From NCBI GenBank assembly GCA_016839445.1, contig JAEOUG010000047.1:1-10939 (forward strand): a DNA stretch of 10,939 bases. Direction: 5' to 3'. Positions 7,366-10,939 of the stretch are shown here, piece by piece. Within the stretch, counting starts at the first letter, position 1. The number at the start of each line of letters is the position of its first letter. A program made the position numbers and the translations under genes. The notes beneath the pieces were generated by a model. That model was not told the origin of the DNA, made no database searches, and saw nothing but the letters and a program-made list of their open reading frames with translations. Source of the DNA: Candidatus Thorarchaeota archaeon. GTDB taxonomy: Archaea > Asgardarchaeota > Thorarchaeia > Thorarchaeales > Thorarchaeaceae.

Positions 7366-9147
7366 ATGACAGAGAAGGCCAAATTGCGTTCGCCGATTGT
7401 GACAGTTCTAGGCCACATTGACCACGGAAAGACCTCTCTCCTAGACAAGATGCGCGGCACTGGGGTCCAAGAGAGAGAGGCCGCTGGCATCACGCAACAC
7501 ATTGGTGCTTCATTCTTCCCAACAGAAACAATCAAGGCAATATGCGGAGACCTCCTGCAGTCGGTCAAGACAGAGCTTACGATAGACGGACTTCTGTTCA
7601 TAGACACTCCGGGGCATGAGGCGTACCTCAATCTCAGGAGGAGAGGGGGAGCCATTGCAGATATTGCCATTCTTGTCGTCGATGTGAATGAGGGAGCTCT
7701 CACTCAGACCTATGAGTCCTTGAAGATACTCCGATCGGGTAAGACCCCATTCTTGGTTGCCGCGAACAAACTAGACAAGGTTCCAGGCTGGAAGCACAAG
7801 GATGGAATGAACCTCCTTCAGTTGATGGCAGCACAGCCAAAGTCAACACAGATGGAGCTTGACCGCAGGATCTACGAGATTGTTGGAGCTCTTTCCGCAA
7901 ACGGGATACAATCTGAGCGTTTTGACCGTATCAAGGACTTCTCAAAGAACGCAGCGATAATACCTACGAGCGCCAAGACGGGCGACGGGATTCCAGAGCT
8001 ACTCATGGTTCTCTCTGGTCTGACGCAGCAATACATGAAGGAGCGCTTGGTTGTGTCAAAGGGCCCAGCCCGCGGAGCGATTCTCGAAGTCAGAGAGGAA
8101 ACAGGTCTTGGAATCACTCTGGACACAATCATCTATGATGGTGTGTTGAAGAAGACAGACACTGTTGTAGTCGGAGGTCTTGACGGAGTAATAGTTGCCA
8201 AGATAAGAGCGCTGTTACAGCCAAAGCCTCTGGATGAGATTCGGGACCCGAAGGAGAAGTTCACTAGCGTAGATCAGGTGCATGCAGCTGCCGGCGTGAA
8301 GATTGTTGCTCCGGACATAGAGGGCGCTGTGGCAGGTGCGCCTGTGTACTCCACGAGCCGCCCAGATGAGGTTGAGGGACTTGTGAAGAAAGTCCGAGAG
8401 GAAGTAGCGGCCATCCGGATCCAGACCGACAAATCGGGTGTTGTTCTGAAGACGGACACACTCGGCTCACTTGAGGCAGTGACTCAGTTCTTCCGTGACC
8501 GGAAAATCCCTGTGCGTGCAGCAGATGTCGGACCAATTGTCAAACGAGACATCATTGAGGCACAGGCTTCAGGTGACTCAGATCCCGTAAACGCCGTTGT
8601 TCTTGGCTTCAACGTCAAAGTAGCTCCTGGTATCGAAGACCTTGCTGCGGAGTTTGGAGTTGAGATTTTCCTCAATGAGGTGATCTACCGCCTCTACGAT
8701 GACTACAATGCATGGATGATAGTGAAGAGAGAGCAAGCCAAGGCCGAGTCGCTTGGTTCCATTATCAGACCGGGAAAACTGGAGTTGATGCCCGAGTACA
8801 TCTTCAGACACAGCAATCCAGCAGTGGTGGGCGTCAAAGTGCAAGGAGTCATTCGGCCAAGAACTGGGCTCGTCAATTCAGAGGGCAAGAGGATTGGAAC
8901 CATACTCCAGATCCAAGATAGGAGCCTGGCAATCGATGAGGCCACAACAGGAATGGAAGTGGCCGTTTCCATTCGAGGACCTACTGTTGGACGGCAGATT
9001 AAGGAGGACGACGTACTGTACGTGGACGTCCCTGACAAGCACGTTCTGGCAATCAGAAAGAAGTTCTTGGATGACCTCTCGCCCCCGGAGAAGGAGGTCT
9101 TGGACGAGTACGTGGAAGTCAGACGAGCTGCTGGCGCTTTCATCTAG
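7366..9147 (+). CDS. infB: Translation initiation factor aIF5B (IF-2)
   Basis: LRSPIVTVLGHIDHGKT, REAAGITQHIGA, DTPGHE, NKLD and DTLGSLEA motifs. ATG 7366 with SD GGGTG; about 593 aa. Confidence 0.97.
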   Translation: MTEKAKLRSPIVTVLGHIDHGKTSLLDKMRGTGVQEREAAGITQHIGASFFPTETIKAICGDLLQSVKTELTIDGLLFIDTPGHEAYLNLRRRGGAIADIAILVVDVNEGALTQTYESLKILRSGKTPFLVAANKLDKVPGWKHKDGMNLLQLMAAQPKSTQMELDRRIYEIVGALSANGIQSERFDRIKDFSKNAAIIPTSAKTGDGIPELLMVLSGLTQQYMKERLVVSKGPARGAILEVREETGLGITLDTIIYDGVLKKTDTVVVGGLDGVIVAKIRALLQPKPLDEIRDPKEKFTSVDQVHAAAGVKIVAPDIEGAVAGAPVYSTSRPDEVEGLVKKVREEVAAIRIQTDKSGVVLKTDTLGSLEAVTQFFRDRKIPVRAADVGPIVKRDIIEAQASGDSDPVNAVVLGFNVKVAPGIEDLAAEFGVEIFLNEVIYRLYDDYNAWMIVKREQAKAESLGSIIRPGKLELMPEYIFRHSNPAVVGVKVQGVIRPRTGLVNSEGKRIGTILQIQDRSLAIDEATTGMEVAVSIRGPTVGRQIKEDDVLYVDVPDKHVLAIRKKFLDDLSPPEKEVLDEYVEVRRAAGAFI

Positions 9148-9164
9148 ATGGCCAATTGGCAACG

Positions 9165-9172
9165 TTTTTAGG
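9165..9172 (+). promoter_or_regulatory. Putative TATA box of SRP RNA gene
   Basis: TTTTTAGG about 25 nt upstream of the predicted SRP RNA 5' end. Confidence 0.55.
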
Positions 9173-9194
9173 CACACTGACCAAAGCTGCGAAA

Positions 9195-9508
9195 TGCGGC
9201 GGGTAGGGCCGGGTCGTTTGCCGCGACCTGTAACCGGAATGGCAATACCGGGGCCAGTAACCGAATTGGAGAGTGAACCGAGAAATCAGCGGGTCCAGTC
9301 GCAGGACGTTGACGTGCGGTCTCTGGAGTCTGTCACAGCCACAACAGCATTCGAAGGTCTGCTGCGAGTGGCATAAACCGTCGAACCGGGCCAGGCCCTG
9401 GCGGGAGCAGTCCTAAGGCGGGGTGGTGGAGCCCCAGAGGGTGCCGCATTGAGAAATGCACTGATTCGCCCGTTGACGAACGACACACGATAACTAGGAG
9501 CCGTCGCA
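9195..9508 (+). ncRNA. ffs: Archaeal signal recognition particle RNA (7S RNA)
   Basis: Helix 1 is UGCGGCGG (9195-9202) / CCGUCGCA (9501-9508). Alu domain: helix 2 GGCC/GGCC, helix 3 GGUCG/CGACC, UGUAA motif, helix 4 CCGG/CCGG, kissing loops UUGCC/GGCAA. Helix 5 segments AAUCAG/CUGAUU and CUCUGG/CCAGAG. Helix 6 GCCAC/GUGGC and CAGCA/UGCUG. Helix 8 SRP54 motif GCCAGG-CCC-nnnn-GGG-AGCAG. Length about 314 nt. Confidence 0.93.
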
Positions 9509-9543
9509 CCTCTTCTGACTTCTGTCTCAGCCCCACGACAATG

Positions 9544-9551
9544 TTTAAGAG
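9544..9551 (+). promoter_or_regulatory. Putative TATA box of tRNA-Ser
   Basis: TTTAAGAG preceded by CGACAA (BRE-like), about 30 nt before the tRNA. Confidence 0.5.
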
Positions 9552-9579
9552 AAAATCAGAGTCCCGAGCCCCTAACTGC

Positions 9580-9691
9580 GCTGGGGTATCCAAGCCTGGT
9601 ATGGAGCTGGATTGCTATAGGAAGCGAGAAGCAATCCTGCAAACATCCAGTGTCGTAAGACTCGAGGGTTCGAATCCCTCCCCTAGCGCCA
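9580..9691 (+). tRNA. tRNA-Ser(GCT) with 27-nt intron at 37/38 (9618-9644); CCA encoded
   Basis: Acceptor stem GCTGGGG/CCCTAGC with G73 and CCA. D-stem TCC/GGA. Anticodon stem CTGGA/TCCAG with TT-GCT-A. Variable hairpin GTC-GTAA-GAC. T-arm GAGGG-TTCGAAT-CCCTC. Strict BHB: central TTGC/GCAA, two 3-nt bulges, outer AGGA/TCCT. Confidence 0.94.
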
Positions 9692-9737
9692 CTTCTTCTT
9701 AGAATCCGGCTGCGCCTAATGAATCGATAGGAGAGTT

Positions 9738-9779
9738 TAGGAAAAGGAGAAGACACTGAAGCAGGATGTACCGCTTCAG
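9738..9779 (-). terminator. Hairpin plus pyrimidine/U tract after small ORF 2
   Basis: Minus strand reads CUGAAGC-GGUACAUCCU-GCUUCAG followed by UGUCUUCUCCUUUUCCU. Confidence 0.55.
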
Positions 9780-9865
9780 CGTCTGAAGTAGGCTTCAGTG
9801 ATTGCTTGAGTAGAGATGCGCTTGTTGAGAGCCTTTCTCTCGGACCTGATCTTGTCGAGTGCCAT
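9776..9865 (-). CDS. Small basic peptide, 29 aa (MALDKIRSERKALNKRISTQAITEAYFRR), unknown function
   Basis: ATG is 4 nt after a strong SD, GAGGTGA, which overlaps the upstream small ORF's stop. The geometry is like that of the r-protein genes here. A terminator follows, and the peptide resembles the upstream one. Confidence 0.6.
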   Translation of the reverse strand: MALDKIRSERKALNKRISTQAITEAYFRR

Positions 9866-9869
9866 TCTA

Positions 9870-9977
9870 TCACCTCACTACAGTTGTGTACGCGTAGGCA
9901 AGAGCATCAGTTGACTGGGCCTTGCCGGTCTTGTTCTTCAGCACAGATGTGTTGGGATTGTTAGTTGTTAGAGCCAT
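9870..9977 (-). CDS. Small peptide, 35 aa (MALTTNNPNTSVLKNKTGKAQSTDALAYAYTTVVR), unknown function
   Basis: ATG lies about 33 nt downstream of a TTATATA box, implying a short leader. It ends in a TGA-TAG double stop and shares MAL...NK...ST-x-A-[LI]-x-x-AY with the downstream peptide. Confidence 0.55.
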   Translation of the reverse strand: MALTTNNPNTSVLKNKTGKAQSTDALAYAYTTVVR

Positions 9978-10009
9978 GATAGTTCACAAGGAATACTACC
10001 CAGAATCAG

Positions 10010-10017
10010 TATATAAT
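10010..10017 (-). promoter_or_regulatory. TATA box for the small-peptide operon
   Basis: CATTATATAC on the minus strand, at a suitable distance from ATG 9977. Confidence 0.55.
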
Positions 10018-10062
10018 GCGGAGCCACGAATCAGGGTCACAGAACGAAGTCACATAATGTTA

Positions 10063-10079
10063 CTAGCTGCTGCAGCTAG
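10063..10079. repeat. Perfect 8-1-8 palindrome CTAGCTGC-T-GCAGCTAG
   Basis: Directly visible, about 45 bp upstream of the small-peptide TATA box. Confidence 0.7.
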
Positions 10080-10115
10080 AGTGAGTGTTCTGAGCACCTA
10101 GACCCATAATCACGG

Positions 10116-10535
10116 CTATTCTATGTGAAGACGGTTGTCACAGAAGGGGCAAAGGTACACATCAGCGTCTACTGGCAATGCGTTGCTGATGTCAAACGAG
10201 TGACCGCAGTTAGGACAGCGATAGGTCTCTCCTAGTGAATCACGTTCAGCAGTCAGGGCATGCTTCCTCATAGTTTCAAGGATGCGGTCATCCTCAGAAA
10301 CGTCAGTGTGTGCAATCGAGCGTCCCTGAGCCCAGCGGAATGTTGCGTACAGAAGAAACACGATTAGTGGCATGTACATGAACATGTAGACTGGAATCAT
10401 GTCCAAGGGCAGACTGATGATTATGCCGTAGAACCCAATAAGAGCAAGCACTAGTGCGAAGATGAAGACTGCCCATCTTCCGAGGTTCGGAACACGTTCA
10501 TCCTGATAGGATCCTGGATAGTCACTATCCATCAT
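10116..10535 (-). CDS. Hypothetical membrane protein with two TM helices and C-terminal Zn-ribbon
   Basis: Hydrophobic segments WAVFIFALVLALIGFYGIIISL and IPVYMFMYMPLIVFLLYATF; CPNC...CPFC near the C-terminus. Confidence 0.8.
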   Translation of the reverse strand: MMDSDYPGSYQDERVPNLGRWAVFIFALVLALIGFYGIIISLPLDMIPVYMFMYMPLIVFLLYATFRWAQGRSIAHTDVSEDDRILETMRKHALTAERDSLGETYRCPNCGHSFDISNALPVDADVYLCPFCDNRLHIE

Positions 10536-10600
10536 GTTTGATGACCGAGTGTTGCTTCTCAGGTCGTTCCTTCTAAGCTCTTCTATCTATGCTGTAGATG

Positions 10601-10639
10601 AAAAAGAGAAGAGGAACGCGGGCCTCGCGGGCCCGGTTC
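10601..10639 (-). terminator. Hairpin plus U-tract terminator of tuf
   Basis: Minus strand reads GAAC-CGGGCC-CGCGA-GGCCCG-C-GUUC followed by CUCUUCUCUUUUU, 10 nt after the tuf stop. Confidence 0.75.
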
Positions 10640-10649
10640 TTGTAGTGTA

Positions 10650-10939
10650 CTACTTGGCTCTAGGAGTGACCTTCTGGACAATACCGACAGCCACGGTCAT
10701 ACCCATGTCTCGTACAGCGAACCTGCCGAGCTGTGGGAAGTCCTTGTAGCTCTCAATGACCATTGGCTTGAGCGGCACAAGGGTGGCAATCATGGATTCT
10801 CCCTTCTTGACGAAGTCGGGATTCTCCTCGATGACCTGTCCAGACCTCTGGTCAAGCTTCTGCAGAATCTTGTCGAACCTGCACGCGACCTGAGCGGTGT
10901 GAGCATGGATGACTGGTGTGTATCCAACAGTGATTGCGC
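10650..10939 (-). CDS. tuf: Translation elongation factor aEF-1alpha, C-terminal part (5' truncated by window; absent from ORF track)
   Basis: Minus-strand translation: [95 protein letters not shown], which is EF-1alpha domain III. Confidence 0.97.
   Translation of the reverse strand, partial: AITVGYTPVIHAHTAQVACRFDKILQKLDQRSGQVIEENPDFVKKGESMIATLVPLKPMVIESYKDFPQLGRFAVRDMGMTVAVGIVQKVTPRAK

Noticed and set aside
1979-8844. Numerous antisense ORFs (e.g. 1979-2446, 2489-2866, 5571-6110, 7251-7703)
   Set aside because: They are opposite-strand shadows of well-identified conserved genes.
9145-9171. Amber (pyrrolysine) read-through at the infB TAG
   Set aside because: It would add only a few residues across the SRP promoter, and TAG is the dominant ordinary stop in this window.
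9195-9508. RNase P RNA as identity of the GC-rich intergenic RNA
   Set aside because: It lacks the GAGGAAAGUCC and AACAGAA..CGGCU P4 signatures and has SRP Alu and helix-8 motifs instead.
8894-9593. ORFs 8894-9376, 9286-9486 and 9333-9593
   Set aside because: They overlap infB and the SRP RNA and show no protein motifs, so they are shadow frames.
9578-9691. tRNA-Sec or tRNA-Cys interpretation (apparent 9-bp acceptor GCGCTGGGG/CCCTAGCGC; CTGCAAA inside the intron)
   Set aside because: There is no UCA anticodon, the T-stem is 5 bp, and the 9-bp pairing would consume G73 and C74. A strict BHB at 37/38, G73 and the variable hairpin all give a normal tRNA-Ser(GCU). The GCAA is the BHB helix strand.
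9754-9800. CRISPR or mobile-element repeats
   Set aside because: The repeats are only 6-9 nt and alternate in orientation. There is no array periodicity, transposase, integrase or att duplication next to the tRNA.
9556-9873. 105-aa minus-strand ORF in the track
   Set aside because: It runs antisense through the tRNA, and its GTG start is part of the SD of the better supported 29-aa ORF in another frame.

Overview
Archaeal core-genome window, probably Asgard (Thorarchaeota-like). That assignment is inferred from the Arf-like small GTPase, the archaeal r-protein set and GGTGA/GGAGG Shine-Dalgarno sites. Protein genes: the 3' part of a two-subunit aconitase X (probable phosphomevalonate dehydratase); a minus-strand rpoD-rpl18e-rpl13-rps9-rpoN-rps2 operon; an Arf-like small GTPase divergent from egsA; rpl7ae-rps28e-rpl24e with a k-turn over the rpl7ae SD; an inverted, C-terminally extended ndk; infB (aIF5B); a membrane Zn-ribbon protein; and the 3' end of tuf (aEF-1alpha). 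RNA genes: an SRP RNA with an atypical UGGC helix-8 loop, and an intron-containing tRNA-Ser(GCU). The most novel element is missing from the ORF track. It is a minus-strand unit (about 9740-10080) encoding two tandem, mutually similar small peptides (35 and 29 aa), with its own TATA box, an upstream perfect palindrome, a strong SD and an attenuator-like four-segment 3' structure.
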